Assembly (NCBI GenBank): GCA_018303005.1
Contig: JAGVYY010000031.1
Location: forward strand, 24,994 to 88,993
Source: Candidatus Woesearchaeota archaeon
GTDB lineage: Archaea; Nanobdellota; Nanobdellia; SCGC-AAA011-G17; GW2011-AR20
Direction of reading: 5' to 3'
DNA length: 64,000 nt
Position 1 is the stretch's first letter, and each line of letters starts with the position of its first letter. The notes beneath the pieces were generated by a model that worked only from the letters and a program-made list of their open reading frames with translations, was not told the origin of the DNA and did no database searches. Made by a program: the position numbers and the translations under genes. This document shows, one piece after another, positions 37,550 through 47,886 of this stretch.

Positions 37550-38232
37550 TTGAAAGACAGATACTATCAAAGAAGATGAAAGAGAATTTGATAGAAGGTT
37601 ACATAGCTGAACAAATATCAAGCAAAGCATACAGCAGAATTGAGATAAAAAAAACACCTCTTGGAGAGCGCATCCTTGTTTATACTTCAAAACCAGGGTT
37701 AGTGGTGGGAAGAGGAGGTTCAAATATATCAAAACTTACACATGGCCTGAAAACAAGGTTTGATCTCGAAAATCCTCAGATAGAGGTCATAGAAATTGAA
37801 AACCCTAATCTTGACCCAAAGACAATTGCAGATAAGATAGTCGCAAATTTTGAAAGATATGGTCCGAAGAGGTTTAAGTCAGTAGGATACAGGTCACTAC
37901 AGGATATAATGGATGCTGGAGCAACAGGTGCTGAAATAGTGATATCGGGAAGAGGAGTTCCTGGAAGCAGGGCAAAGAGCTGGAGGTTCTCAGCAGGACA
38001 TTTGAAAAAATCAGGAGATATATCGGAAAATTATATGATAAGGGCGATTTCAGTTGCCCATTTAAAGTCAGGCTCTGTTGGCATTAAAGTAAGCATATTA
38101 ACACCAGATGTAGAATTGCCTGACAATATAAGAATGAAAGAACTGCCGGCAGAGGATAAAAAAATAAATCTAGAAAAAACAAAAAAGGAAGATAAGGAAA
38201 ATAAGGAAGATGCTGAAGAAAAAGAATCTTAA
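37546..38232 (+). CDS. rps3: Ribosomal protein uS3
   Basis: KTPLG, PGLVVGRGG, GAEIVISG. Confidence 0.96.
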   Translation: MIERQILSKKMKENLIEGYIAEQISSKAYSRIEIKKTPLGERILVYTSKPGLVVGRGGSNISKLTHGLKTRFDLENPQIEVIEIENPNLDPKTIADKIVANFERYGPKRFKSVGYRSLQDIMDAGATGAEIVISGRGVPGSRAKSWRFSAGHLKKSGDISENYMIRAISVAHLKSGSVGIKVSILTPDVELPDNIRMKELPAEDKKINLEKTKKEDKENKEDAEEKES

Positions 38233-38425
38233 AAAGCTTTCAGATCATGAGCTTAAAGGGAAACTTGAAGAGTTAAGGAAGGAAATGATTAAGATTAATG
38301 CACAAATTTCAACAGGTTCAGCGCCTGCAAACAAAGGCGGCATAAGACAAATAAAGAAAAATATTGCAAGAATACTGACATTTATAAATCAAAATAAAAC
38401 AAAAATACAGGAGGTTAAAAAATAA
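38210..38425 (+). CDS. rpl29: Ribosomal protein uL29
   Basis: LEELRKEM...IRQIKKNIARILT. Confidence 0.93.
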   Translation: MLKKKNLKKLSDHELKGKLEELRKEMIKINAQISTGSAPANKGGIRQIKKNIARILTFINQNKTKIQEVKK

Positions 38426-38427
38426 TT

Positions 38428-38742
38428 ATGGCCAATGCATGCCCAAAATGTGGGCTGACGTTAGAGTTATGTGTTTGCGAGATAATAGCAAAAGAAGGAC
38501 AGCAGATAAAGATATATACCATAAAGAAGAGATTCGGCAAAACAGCGACGATGATTGAAGGTATTGATGCAAAGGACATAAACTTGAAAGATTTGGCAAA
38601 GAAACTAAAGTCAAAGTTAGCATGTGGGGGAACAGTGAAATTAGGTATAATAGAACTCCAGGGAGACCATATGCATAAAGTTAAAGACGAGCTGATAAAT
38701 CTTGGATTTGTTGCAAACACAATATATCTAAACAAAAAATAA
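38428..38742 (+). CDS. Translation initiation factor SUI1/aIF1
   Basis: CPKCGL, KRFGK, LKSKLACGGT, IELQGDH. Confidence 0.95.
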   Translation: MANACPKCGLTLELCVCEIIAKEGQQIKIYTIKKRFGKTATMIEGIDAKDINLKDLAKKLKSKLACGGTVKLGIIELQGDHMHKVKDELINLGFVANTIYLNKK

Positions 38743-38746
38743 GAAA

Positions 38747-38938
38747 GTGGTAAACAAGTTGCCCGAAATAGAACTAATAGGTTCCGTTATTGAGGTAATA
38801 AAATCCAGAAATCCGGCATTAATCGGTATTAAAGGTAAGGTTATTGATGAGACAAAGAACATGATTGTAATAGAGGACAAAAACGAAAGAGTTAAAAAAT
38901 TAATTAGATCACAAGTGCAGATAAAGAAGATAAAATGA
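38747..38938 (+). CDS. rnp1: RNase P protein component 1 (p29)
   Basis: ELIG...IGIKGKVIDETKNM. Confidence 0.9.
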   Translation: MVNKLPEIELIGSVIEVIKSRNPALIGIKGKVIDETKNMIVIEDKNERVKKLIRSQVQIKKIK

Positions 38939-39267
38939 AATCAGAAACAAGAAACATAGGATTAGATGTGAAGACTCCTAAGGATAGATGCACTGATGTA
39001 AATTGCCCTTTTCATGGAACTGTAAAGATAAGAGGAAGGCTGTTCCGTGGAGGCATAACAAAGACAGATGTCTCAAACACAGCCACTGTTGTGCTATATT
39101 ATTACAATTATTTAAGAAAATATGAAAGATACGAAAAAAAGCAAACCAGATTAAAAGTTCATAATCCTCCATGCATAAATGCCAAAGTTGGTGATAATGT
39201 CCTTGTCGGAGAGACCAGACCAATATCAAAGACAAAACATTTTGCAATATTAGAGGTGTCTAAATAA
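38935..39267 (+). CDS. rps17: Ribosomal protein uS17
   Basis: CPFHG, KYERYEK, ETRPISKTKHF. Confidence 0.96.
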   Translation: MKSETRNIGLDVKTPKDRCTDVNCPFHGTVKIRGRLFRGGITKTDVSNTATVVLYYYNYLRKYERYEKKQTRLKVHNPPCINAKVGDNVLVGETRPISKTKHFAILEVSK

Positions 39268-39268
39268 A

Positions 39269-39670
39269 ATGAAATCAGTGCAGGCAAGAGTAACAAGAGC
39301 ATTACCTTTTGGCGCAAGAGTTGATGTTTGTGACAATTCAGGAGCCAAAACAATAAGAATATTTTCTGTTTACGGGCATAAGACTGTGAAAGGAAGATAT
39401 CAAGAAGCAGGCATTGGTGATCTAGTGAATGCATCAATCATAAAAGGTAAACCCGGAATGAAAAAACAAGTTGTTCAAGCCGTTATTGTGCGGCAGAAAA
39501 AACCATATAGAAGGTTAAATGGCGAAAGGATAAAATTTGAGGATAATGCTGCTGTTGTTCTTAAAGATGATAAGGGAAATCCAAAAGGTACAATAATAAA
39601 AGGACCAATAGCAAAAGAAGCAGCATCAAAATGGCCAGCAATAGCAAAAATAGCGAGCGCAGTACTATAA
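39269..39670 (+). CDS. rpl14: Ribosomal protein uL14
   Basis: CDNSGAK, FEDNAAV, GPIAKEA. Confidence 0.97.
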   Translation: MKSVQARVTRALPFGARVDVCDNSGAKTIRIFSVYGHKTVKGRYQEAGIGDLVNASIIKGKPGMKKQVVQAVIVRQKKPYRRLNGERIKFEDNAAVVLKDDKGNPKGTIIKGPIAKEAASKWPAIAKIASAVL

Positions 39671-39671
39671 A

Positions 39672-40052
39672 ATGAAATCAAAATTCTCAGTATCATGGAA
39701 ATCATCATGTCAAAAACGAAAGCAAAATAAATATAGGCATAATGCCCCTTTGCATATAAAACATAAATTTTTGTCAGTGCACTTTTCAAAAGAATTAAGG
39801 ACAAAGTATAAAAAAAGAAGTTTTCCTGTAAGAAAAGGCGATCTGGTAAAGGTCATGAGTGGCCAGTTCAAAGGTAAAACCGGAAAAATAAATGCAGTCT
39901 TACTTAAGAGAACAAGAGTTTACATCGACAATATACAAAGGAACAAGCAGGACGGAAGCAAACCATTCATACCATTGCATCCATCAAATCTGCAATTGTT
40001 GGACATTGACCTGACAGACAAGAATAGGATAAAAGCGCTAGAAAGAAAATAA
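39672..40052 (+). CDS. rpl24: Ribosomal protein uL24
   Basis: NAPLH, VRKGDLVKVMSGQFKG, HPSNL. Confidence 0.96.
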   Translation: MKSKFSVSWKSSCQKRKQNKYRHNAPLHIKHKFLSVHFSKELRTKYKKRSFPVRKGDLVKVMSGQFKGKTGKINAVLLKRTRVYIDNIQRNKQDGSKPFIPLHPSNLQLLDIDLTDKNRIKALERK

Positions 40053-40053
40053 G

Positions 40054-40749
40054 ATGGCACATCTATCAAGACACAATACACCGAAAGGATGGAGAATTAA
40101 AAGGAAAGAAACCAAATGGATAACTAAGCCGCTTCCAGGGCCTCACGCAATCAAAAGAGCAATATCAATAAGCCTATTGCTCAAGAATCTATTATGTTAT
40201 GCCAAAACAACAAGAGAAGTTCATTATATCCTCCATAATAAGGAGATAATGATTAATAACGTAATAAGGGTGGATGAGAAATTTCCAATCGGTATCTTTG
40301 ATATTATAGAAATACCAAAAACAAAAGAATATTTCAGATTATTCCAGGATGAACATTCAAGATTTGTATTGCATAAAGTTTCAAAAGAAGAGGCAGGGAT
40401 AAAACCCTCAAAAATAATAAACAAAACTAGATTAAAGAAAGGTAAAACACAGATAAATTTATTTGATGGAAGAAACATGGTAGTAGAAGAAGATACATAT
40501 AAAGTATGTGACACATTAATCTTAGACCTTAAATCAAATAAGATAAGATCACACTTAAAATTAGAGAAAAATGTAAAAATATACCTGATGGAAGGAAAGT
40601 ATACCGGGCATGTGGCAGTAGTCGAAGATATAATCCAGACAAATAATCTTAATCCAAGCAGACTGATCTGCGGATATAAAAACAAAAAATTTGAAACATT
40701 AAAAAAATATGCTTTTGTAATAGGAAATGAAATTACCACACCAGAATAA
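40054..40749 (+). CDS. rps4e: Ribosomal protein eS4
   Basis: HLSR..PKGW, PGPH, FPIGIFD, QINLFDGRN. Confidence 0.95.
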   Translation: MAHLSRHNTPKGWRIKRKETKWITKPLPGPHAIKRAISISLLLKNLLCYAKTTREVHYILHNKEIMINNVIRVDEKFPIGIFDIIEIPKTKEYFRLFQDEHSRFVLHKVSKEEAGIKPSKIINKTRLKKGKTQINLFDGRNMVVEEDTYKVCDTLILDLKSNKIRSHLKLEKNVKIYLMEGKYTGHVAVVEDIIQTNNLNPSRLICGYKNKKFETLKKYAFVIGNEITTPE

Positions 40750-40750
40750 A

Positions 40751-41257
40751 ATGCGTGAAATAAAAATAGAAAAAGTTACACTGAACATGGGTGTAGGTAG
40801 TGCCGGAGATAAACTAAACAAAGCAAAGAGATTGTTAGAGCAGATTGCAGGAACAAAATCCATAGAGACCAAAACAATGGAGAGAATTCCTTCATGGGGA
40901 TTGAGACCTAAACTGCCTATAGGATGCAAAATAACTATCCGTGGAAAAAAAGCTGAGAAGCTGGCAGCAAGATTATTAAAGGCATTGGATAATAAATTAA
41001 AGAAGAAGAGTTTTGATGATTTTGGGAATATTTCATTCGGAATAAAAGAATATATCGATATACCTGAAATAGAATACAATCCGGAGTTTGGGATTATAGG
41101 GCTGGAGGCAGCAGTAACCTTGGAAAGAGCCGGGTTTAGAATTAAGAGAAGGATAAAATCAGGAAAAATACCGTCCAGGCATAAAATCATGAAAGAAGAC
41201 GCTATTGAATTTATGAAAGATAAGTTCAATGTAACAATAACAGAAGAAGAGAAATAA
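40751..41257 (+). CDS. rpl5: Ribosomal protein uL5
   Basis: [28 protein letters not shown]. Confidence 0.96.
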   Translation: MREIKIEKVTLNMGVGSAGDKLNKAKRLLEQIAGTKSIETKTMERIPSWGLRPKLPIGCKITIRGKKAEKLAARLLKALDNKLKKKSFDDFGNISFGIKEYIDIPEIEYNPEFGIIGLEAAVTLERAGFRIKRRIKSGKIPSRHKIMKEDAIEFMKDKFNVTITEEEK

Positions 41258-41258
41258 A

Positions 41259-41489
41259 ATGTCATATAGTAATTATTCAAAAGCATTAAAGCAACTTGAG
41301 GTCAAACCACAGAAGCTTAAGAAATATCTCAAGCATAATGCACCAAAGAACAGAAAATTTGGCATAGCTGTAAGAAGATGCAGGTTCTGTGGCAGAATAG
41401 GAGGTCATATAAGAAAATACGGAATGGAACTCTGCAGGCATTGTTTCAGGGAACAGGCCAAAAAATTAGGGTTCAGGAAATACTCATAA
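41259..41489 (+). CDS. rps14: Ribosomal protein uS14
   Basis: CRFCG...[14 protein letters not shown]. Confidence 0.95.
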   Translation: MSYSNYSKALKQLEVKPQKLKKYLKHNAPKNRKFGIAVRRCRFCGRIGGHIRKYGMELCRHCFREQAKKLGFRKYS

Positions 41490-41490
41490 A

Positions 41491-41883
41491 ATGTCAATGA
41501 ACGATCCATTAGCAAATGTATTATCTCACATAAATAATTGTGAGAAAACAGGCAAGATAGATTGTACTGTGAGACCTTCCTCAAAAATAATAATAAAAGT
41601 GCTGAACATAATGAAAGACCATGATTATATCAAAGACATGACAATAACTGAAGACGGTAAAGGCAATATAATAAAAGTAGGATTATTAGGGAATATAAAT
41701 CAGTGCAATGTAATAAAACCAAGGCTTTCATTTAAGATTCATAACATGGAAAAATTTGAGAAAAGATTCCTGCTTGCCAGGGATTTTGGAATATTGATTG
41801 TTTCTACACCAAAAGGTATTATGACCCATCTAGAAGCCAAAGATAAAAAAATCGGCGGCAGACTTATCGCTTACGTGTATTAG
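41491..41883 (+). CDS. rps8: Ribosomal protein uS8
   Basis: DPLAN, STPKGIMTH, GGRLIAYVY. Confidence 0.97.
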   Translation: MSMNDPLANVLSHINNCEKTGKIDCTVRPSSKIIIKVLNIMKDHDYIKDMTITEDGKGNIIKVGLLGNINQCNVIKPRLSFKIHNMEKFEKRFLLARDFGILIVSTPKGIMTHLEAKDKKIGGRLIAYVY

Positions 41884-41956
41884 TTTTTCCATTTAATGAC
41901 AAGATTTGACCGGCATAACCTTTATAAAAGTTAATTTTCTCAGTCTAATACTCAAA

Positions 41957-42508
41957 ATGGTAAAAAACTTTGTCGAAGAGAAAATTGAAATTCCAGATAA
42001 TGTGGATTTGACTATTGACAATGATCTAGTAAAGGTTAAAGGACCAAAAGGAGAGAACCAAAGAAAGTTCAAGATTCCACTGGTCAAATTACAGAAAACA
42101 GATAATTTCCTTGTGCTGAAAACATCCAGAAATACAAAAAAAGAAAAAAGAATGCTTTACACAACAAGATCCCACATTAAAAATCTGATAGATGGGGCAA
42201 TAAATGAATATGTATACACATTAAAAATTCTCTCAAGCCATTTTCCAATGACAGTATCAATTTCAAATAACGAGCTGATAATAAAGAATTTTCTAGGGGA
42301 AAAAATACCAAGAAGAGCCCAGATATTAACAGGAATAAATGTCGATATCGCTGGAGATATAGTGACTGTCTCAGGAACAAATCTAGAATCAGCCGGGCAA
42401 ACTGCCTCAAACATAGAACAGGCATGTAGAATAACAAACAAGGACAGAAGAGTATTCATGGATGGCATATGGCTGACATCAAAAGCAAAGGATAAAGCTA
42501 AAAAATGA
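41957..42508 (+). CDS. rpl6: Ribosomal protein uL6
   Basis: VKGPKG, SHFP, NFLGEK, DRRVFMDGI. Confidence 0.96.
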   Translation: MVKNFVEEKIEIPDNVDLTIDNDLVKVKGPKGENQRKFKIPLVKLQKTDNFLVLKTSRNTKKEKRMLYTTRSHIKNLIDGAINEYVYTLKILSSHFPMTVSISNNELIIKNFLGEKIPRRAQILTGINVDIAGDIVTVSGTNLESAGQTASNIEQACRITNKDRRVFMDGIWLTSKAKDKAKK

Positions 42509-43050
42509 GAATTATAAAGAAGCCGGTGTTTCTAAGGACAGATGCCCCCCATCTTAAAGACCTGGAGATAAAATGGAAAAAACCCAGAGGTAAGCATAAC
42601 AAAATTAGGTTGGGAAAGAAAGGAAAAAGATTAAGGCCTAAGATTGGATATTCTAATTCAAAGACATTAAAGAATAAGATCCAAAATTTAATTCCTGTAA
42701 CAATAAAGAACGAAAAAGATATTAGTTTAATAAACAAAGAGGATAATATAGCAATAATTTCAAAGAGTCTAGGCATAAAAAAAAGAATAAATATAGTCAG
42801 GAAATTGCTGGACTCGAACATAAAAGTGGCGAATTTCCCTGATTTAGATGATTATTATAATAAAATTGAGAAGACAGTTGAGAAAAGAAAGGAAACAAAG
42901 TACCTGAAAGAGCAGAAAAAAGAAAAATCAAGAGAAGAAATAAAAAAAATTCAGGAGAAGACCCAGAAGGAAGAAAAGGCAAAAACAGAAGAGCAAAGGG
43001 AAAAGGAACAAGAAGAAGAAAAAAGAAGATTGCTGGAGAGCGCAAAATAA
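42505..43050 (+). CDS. rpl32e: Ribosomal protein eL32 with charged C-terminal extension
   Basis: WKKPRGKHNKIR, PKIGY. Confidence 0.92.
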   Translation: MRIIKKPVFLRTDAPHLKDLEIKWKKPRGKHNKIRLGKKGKRLRPKIGYSNSKTLKNKIQNLIPVTIKNEKDISLINKEDNIAIISKSLGIKKRINIVRKLLDSNIKVANFPDLDDYYNKIEKTVEKRKETKYLKEQKKEKSREEIKKIQEKTQKEEKAKTEEQREKEQEEEKRRLLESAK

Positions 43051-43051
43051 A

Positions 43052-43513
43052 ATGTCACTTAAGTTGCAGAAAAGAATAGCATCATATTTGCTTAATGTAA
43101 GCAAGAACAAAATAAAATTCAATGACAAGAATCTCCAGGAGATAGGAGACGCAATAACCAAGTCAGATGTAAGAAAACTAATAGGCAAGAAGATAATAAC
43201 AGTAAAAAAGGTCAATGCACAATCAAGGTATAGAGCACGTTTAAATCTGCTCAGGAAAAGGAAAGGAAGGAAGCAGGGCATTGGATCAAGAAAAGGAAGC
43301 AAAAATGCAAGACTCCCAAGCAAAAAAGCATGGATAAACAAGATAAGGATGCAAAGATCATTGTTAAACATCTTAAGGAGCAAAGGCCTGCTGACAAAGG
43401 AAATATACAGGGATCTTTACAAAAAATCAAAAGGCGGATTTTTCAGAAACCAAAGGCATCTCAAGGTTTATCTGGAAGAGCATAAAATACTAAAAAATGA
43501 TGAAAATAAATAA
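43052..43513 (+). CDS. rpl19e: Ribosomal protein eL19
   Basis: LQKRIAS, AITKSDVR, GSRKG, YKKSKGG. Confidence 0.96.
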   Translation: MSLKLQKRIASYLLNVSKNKIKFNDKNLQEIGDAITKSDVRKLIGKKIITVKKVNAQSRYRARLNLLRKRKGRKQGIGSRKGSKNARLPSKKAWINKIRMQRSLLNILRSKGLLTKEIYRDLYKKSKGGFFRNQRHLKVYLEEHKILKNDENK

Positions 43514-44078
43514 AAATTACACAATAGCATATAGAAGAAAGAGAAACAAAAAAACTAATTATAGGACAAGGTTGAAATTGCTTATTTCAAGAAAACCAAG
43601 ATTAGTTATAAGAAAAACACTTAAAAGGCTTAGTGCACAGATTATAGAATATGGCGCAACAGGAGATAGGGTGATTGCATCTGCATCCACAACAGAGCTG
43701 AAGGAATTAGGTTGGCATGGTGCCATGTCAAATACTCCATCATCATATTTGCTTGGTATGTTGATAGCAAAGAAGGCCTTGAATAAAAATATCAATGATT
43801 GTATTACAGACATTGGTTTACATCCTTCTACAAAAGGATCCAGGATATATGGTGTTATAAAAGGCGCAATAGACACAGGCTTGAATATACCTTGCAGCAA
43901 AGAAGTGTTTCCTAATGAAGAAAGAATAAAGGGCCAACATATAATTGATTATTTCACAAAAATAAAAGACCCTGAAAGACACAAGAGACAATTTTCCGCT
44001 CACATGAAAAATAATTTTCAAATAGGAGACTTATCAAAAGAATTTGATAAGGTCAAAGCAAGAATCTTAGGAAAATGA
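43497..44078 (+). CDS. rpl18: Ribosomal protein uL18
   Basis: KTNYRTRLKL, RLVIRKT, NTPSSYLLG. Confidence 0.96.
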   Translation: MMKINKNYTIAYRRKRNKKTNYRTRLKLLISRKPRLVIRKTLKRLSAQIIEYGATGDRVIASASTTELKELGWHGAMSNTPSSYLLGMLIAKKALNKNINDCITDIGLHPSTKGSRIYGVIKGAIDTGLNIPCSKEVFPNEERIKGQHIIDYFTKIKDPERHKRQFSAHMKNNFQIGDLSKEFDKVKARILGK

Positions 44079-44821
44079 AAGAATCAATTGAAGAAAAAAA
44101 TAAAATTGAAGAAGTTCCACAAGGAATAGTTCTATCAAAAGGATTTGATAAAGAAGCTTGGGTTCCGAAAACAGAGTTAGGCAGAAGAGTAAAAAAAGGC
44201 GAGATAAAAAATATCAATGATCTGACGAACATGGGGAAAAAAATATTGGAACCGGAAATTGTAGATTATCTAGTGAATGATCTTGAATCTGAAATAATAG
44301 CTATTGGCCAGTCAAAAGGCAAGTTCGGTGGAGGAAAAAGAAGCATATGGCGCCAGACGCAAAAAAAGACATGTGAGGGTAATAAGCCAAAATTTGCTAC
44401 TTTAACAGCAATAGGAAACAGACAGGGCATAGTCGGAGTGGGTATGGGAAAATCTAAAGAAACAATGCCTGCAAAGGAAAAATCTCTAAGGAATGCAAAG
44501 CTAGACATAATAAGTATAAAAAGAGGATGTGGCTCATGGTCATGCTATTGCAAAACACAGCATTCTATTCCATTTACTGTTACAGGCAAATGCGGCAGCA
44601 CAAGAATAAAGCTCATGCCTGCTCCAAAGGGAACAGGTTTAAAGATGGATTCAGAACCGCAAAAGATTTTGCAGCTGGCAGGAATAACAGATATTTATTC
44701 TGATGCAAGAAATACAACAACGAAGATTAATCTCATATATGCATTATTTGGTGCATTAAAAAAATTGTCAAAGATTAAGGTTAATGAAAAATTCTCCAAG
44801 AGCTCAGGTATGACAAAATGA
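44075..44821 (+). CDS. rps5: Ribosomal protein uS5
   Basis: WVPKTELG, RGCGSW, HSIP, PAPKGTGL. Confidence 0.96.
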   Translation: MKESIEEKNKIEEVPQGIVLSKGFDKEAWVPKTELGRRVKKGEIKNINDLTNMGKKILEPEIVDYLVNDLESEIIAIGQSKGKFGGGKRSIWRQTQKKTCEGNKPKFATLTAIGNRQGIVGVGMGKSKETMPAKEKSLRNAKLDIISIKRGCGSWSCYCKTQHSIPFTVTGKCGSTRIKLMPAPKGTGLKMDSEPQKILQLAGITDIYSDARNTTTKINLIYALFGALKKLSKIKVNEKFSKSSGMTK

Positions 44822-45288
44822 CAAAAGTGGCAATAATACGGATTAAAGGAAAAATTGGGCTTAAAAAAGAAATAAAAGATACTTTAAATATACTGAGGCT
44901 TTTTAACAAACATACATGTGTTATCATCGACAATAATCAGTATTACATAGGGATGCTGAAGAAAATTAAAGATGTAGTAACATGGGGAGAAATTGATCAG
45001 GAGACATTCGTTCTTTTATTCAGCAGGAGAGGAAAGATAATGGGCGACAAACCACTAACAGAAGATTACCTCAAAGAAAAGACAAATCTGGATTATGCGC
45101 AATTTGCAAAAGAATTTTTTTCCGGCAGCAAACAATTGAAAGACATACCCGGATTTAAACAATTTTTCAGATTAAGACCGCCTGAAAAAGGTTTTGAAAG
45201 AGCAGGCATAAAATTACCTTATTCACTTGGAGGAACATTAGGTTACAGGAAAGACAAGATTAATGATTTAATCAAGAGGATGTTATAA
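44818..45288 (+). CDS. rpl30: Ribosomal protein uL30
   Basis: IIRIKG, VTWGEI, FRLRPP, LGYR. Confidence 0.96.
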   Translation: MTKVAIIRIKGKIGLKKEIKDTLNILRLFNKHTCVIIDNNQYYIGMLKKIKDVVTWGEIDQETFVLLFSRRGKIMGDKPLTEDYLKEKTNLDYAQFAKEFFSGSKQLKDIPGFKQFFRLRPPEKGFERAGIKLPYSLGGTLGYRKDKINDLIKRML

Positions 45289-45750
45289 ATGGTAGTCCAC
45301 AAAAGAAAAAAATTAAAGAGATATAGGGGTTCAATGACCCATGGATGGGGTGCCAAGAAAAAACATAGGGGTGCAGGAAACAGAGGAGGAGTGGGGATGG
45401 CCGGCTCTGGAAAAAGAGCAGACCAAAAAAAGATATCAATAATAAAATATTATGGGCATGAATATTTTGGAAAAAAAGGATTCAGAAGACCACAAAAAAT
45501 GTTAAGAGAGATAAAATCAATAAATATCGCAAGTCTAGAGCAAAAAATCCCTCTCTATCTTTCAAAGCAGAAAATAAAAGAGGAAAACGGCAAATACATT
45601 ATAAACCTCACTGAGCTTGGATATGGAAAATTGCTCGGCTCAGGAAAAATAAAGACAAGAATGGAAGTGACAGTGCATACTGCATCAAGAAATGCAGTTG
45701 CAAGAATAGAAGAGGCCAAAGGCAAGGTCATTTCAGAAAGAAAAGAGTAA
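45289..45750 (+). CDS. rpl15: Ribosomal protein uL15
   Basis: RGSMTHGWG, GNRGGVGMAG, FGKKGF, KLLGSG. Confidence 0.96.
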   Translation: MVVHKRKKLKRYRGSMTHGWGAKKKHRGAGNRGGVGMAGSGKRADQKKISIIKYYGHEYFGKKGFRRPQKMLREIKSINIASLEQKIPLYLSKQKIKEENGKYIINLTELGYGKLLGSGKIKTRMEVTVHTASRNAVARIEEAKGKVISERKE

Positions 45751-45762
45751 AAAAAGAGTAAA

Positions 45763-47142
45763 ATGCCATTTAAAGATTTTTTAACAAGCCTGCCGGAAGT
45801 CAAGGCACCTGATCAGAAATATAGATCATTCAAAGAGAAATTAAAATGGACATTGACTATATTAATCGCTTATTTCCTTCTGGGAGTTATTCCTCTTTTC
45901 GGTTTGGGGGAAAATGCACTTCAGCAATTTGAGTTTCTGTCTATAATTCTCGGGGCCCAATTCGGCTCCTTAATATCTCTAGGAATAGGGCCGATAGTAA
46001 CATCATCAATTGTTCTCCAGCTGCTAGTAGGATCTGGATTGCTAAAGATAGATACAACAAAACATGAAGACAGGGTTTTTTTCCAGGGATTGCAGAAGGT
46101 ATTATCCATATTCTTCATAATATTTGAAGGCCTGATATATGTATTTATGGGTGGTTTATCACCTGCTGCAGGATTCTCTCCCTGGATTCTTGTATTTCAG
46201 TTATTCCTGGGTGGTCTGCTGATATTATACATGGATGAAGTAACAAGCAAATGGGGATTTGGTTCAGGGGTATCATTATTCATTGCTGCAGGCGTAGCTT
46301 CACAAATTGTAATAAGCGCATTATCGCCACTCACAACAGCAGGGAATCTTGCTTTTGGTTCAGGACAGGCTCCAGTAGGCAGAATCTTTGTGTTTTTCAT
46401 TTCATTATTTCAGGGAAACATACTTGAGGCCGTTTTAGCTTTGTCTGCAATCTTAGCTACAATAGCAGTATTTTTTATTGCAGTATATGCGCAGGCAATG
46501 AAAGTTGAAATCCCTCTTTCTTTTGGCAGGGTAAGGGGATATGGCATAAGATGGCCATTAAGTTTTATCTATACAAGCAACATACCTGTTATTCTAGTGG
46601 CAGCGCTTCTTGCTAACATACAATTATGGGCGCGCTTACTGGAAAAAGCTGGTCATCCTTTATTAGGTACATTTTCAGGCAACGTACCTGTCGCAGGAAT
46701 AGTTGCATGGATATATTCACCGAATATAATCCAAGACCTGCTCACAGGCAATTTTATAAGCATAAATATTTTGAAATCATTGGTATATGTTGCATTTATG
46801 ATTATAGGTTCTGTCATATTTTCAATATTCTGGGTCCAGACATCAGGGATGGATGCCAAATCACAAGCTAAACAGATAATGGCATCAGGATTGCAGGTTC
46901 CGGGATTCAGGAGAGATGAAAGAGTCGTGGAGCATATACTCTCCAGATACATCAAACCATTAACAGTTATGGGTGCTGTTACAGTTGGTTTTTTGGCAGC
47001 TCTTGCAGACTTAACAGGGGCTCTGTCAAGAGGCACAGGAATTCTTCTGGCAGTAATGATAATATACAAGCTGTATGAAGACATAGCTCACCAGCATATG
47101 ATGGATATGCACCCTGCATTAAGGCAGTTCATGAAAAAATGA
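45763..47142 (+). CDS. secY: Preprotein translocase SecY
   Basis: LGIGPIVT, KWGFGSGVSLFI, YTSNIPVIL, GTGILL. Confidence 0.97.
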   Translation: MPFKDFLTSLPEVKAPDQKYRSFKEKLKWTLTILIAYFLLGVIPLFGLGENALQQFEFLSIILGAQFGSLISLGIGPIVTSSIVLQLLVGSGLLKIDTTKHEDRVFFQGLQKVLSIFFIIFEGLIYVFMGGLSPAAGFSPWILVFQLFLGGLLILYMDEVTSKWGFGSGVSLFIAAGVASQIVISALSPLTTAGNLAFGSGQAPVGRIFVFFISLFQGNILEAVLALSAILATIAVFFIAVYAQAMKVEIPLSFGRVRGYGIRWPLSFIYTSNIPVILVAALLANIQLWARLLEKAGHPLLGTFSGNVPVAGIVAWIYSPNIIQDLLTGNFISINILKSLVYVAFMIIGSVIFSIFWVQTSGMDAKSQAKQIMASGLQVPGFRRDERVVEHILSRYIKPLTVMGAVTVGFLAALADLTGALSRGTGILLAVMIIYKLYEDIAHQHMMDMHPALRQFMKK

Positions 47143-47183
47143 AAATAGTTAACTTTAAAAAAAATACTGATAATCATATAAAA

Positions 47184-47609
47184 ATGGCAATAATAACAGG
47201 TTTTACAGTATGGGCACAAACATATCCGTTATATAGCATTGTATTGGTATCATTCTTGATAACATTATTTACAACAGTAATTTACAAATATGTTTCAGAC
47301 CAGAAAACAATGAAGATCTTAAAAGACGAGATCAAATTACTGCAGAAAGAGATGAAAGAAGTTAAAGACAATCCAAAGAAGATTTTAGACAAGCAAAAAG
47401 AATTAATGGAGAAAAATTTCTCTATGATGAAGCACTCATTAAAGCCTAGCCTTTATACAGCACTTCCCTTGCTCTTAATATTTTATTTTATTAGGAATGT
47501 ATATATAAATACCGGCGCAGTGTTGTTCAACCTGACATGGATATGGGCATATATAATATTTTCAATAATATTCAGCTTGATAATAAGAAAGATAATGAAG
47601 GTATACTAA
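47184..47609 (+). CDS. DUF106 / EMC3-TMCO1 (Oxa1 superfamily) membrane protein
   Basis: TM, coiled coil, MMKHSLKP, WIWAYI; conserved position after secY. Confidence 0.88.
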   Translation: MAIITGFTVWAQTYPLYSIVLVSFLITLFTTVIYKYVSDQKTMKILKDEIKLLQKEMKEVKDNPKKILDKQKELMEKNFSMMKHSLKPSLYTALPLLLIFYFIRNVYINTGAVLFNLTWIWAYIIFSIIFSLIIRKIMKVY

Positions 47610-47610
47610 A

Positions 47611-47886
47611 ATGACAGCACCAAGATTTAGATCAAGGACATTTAGAAGGATATACACAAGAACACCAGGTGCCAATGTTGTATTGCATCACAAAAAAAGA
47701 AAACCTGGCAAGCTGAAATGTGCTAATTGTAAGAGCGTCTTAAAAGGCAGGAAATCAGATATCCCCTCAAGAATAAACAAGTTAACAAGATCAAAAAAAA
47801 CAATAAAGAGAATGTTCGGTGGTTATCTCTGTTCAAAATGTTCCAGAAGGACAATAATAAACAGGTTCAGGAGTAAAAATGAATAA
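47611..47886 (+). CDS. rpl34e: Ribosomal protein eL34
   Basis: RTPG, CANC, FGGYLCSKC. Confidence 0.95.
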   Translation: MTAPRFRSRTFRRIYTRTPGANVVLHHKKRKPGKLKCANCKSVLKGRKSDIPSRINKLTRSKKTIKRMFGGYLCSKCSRRTIINRFRSKNE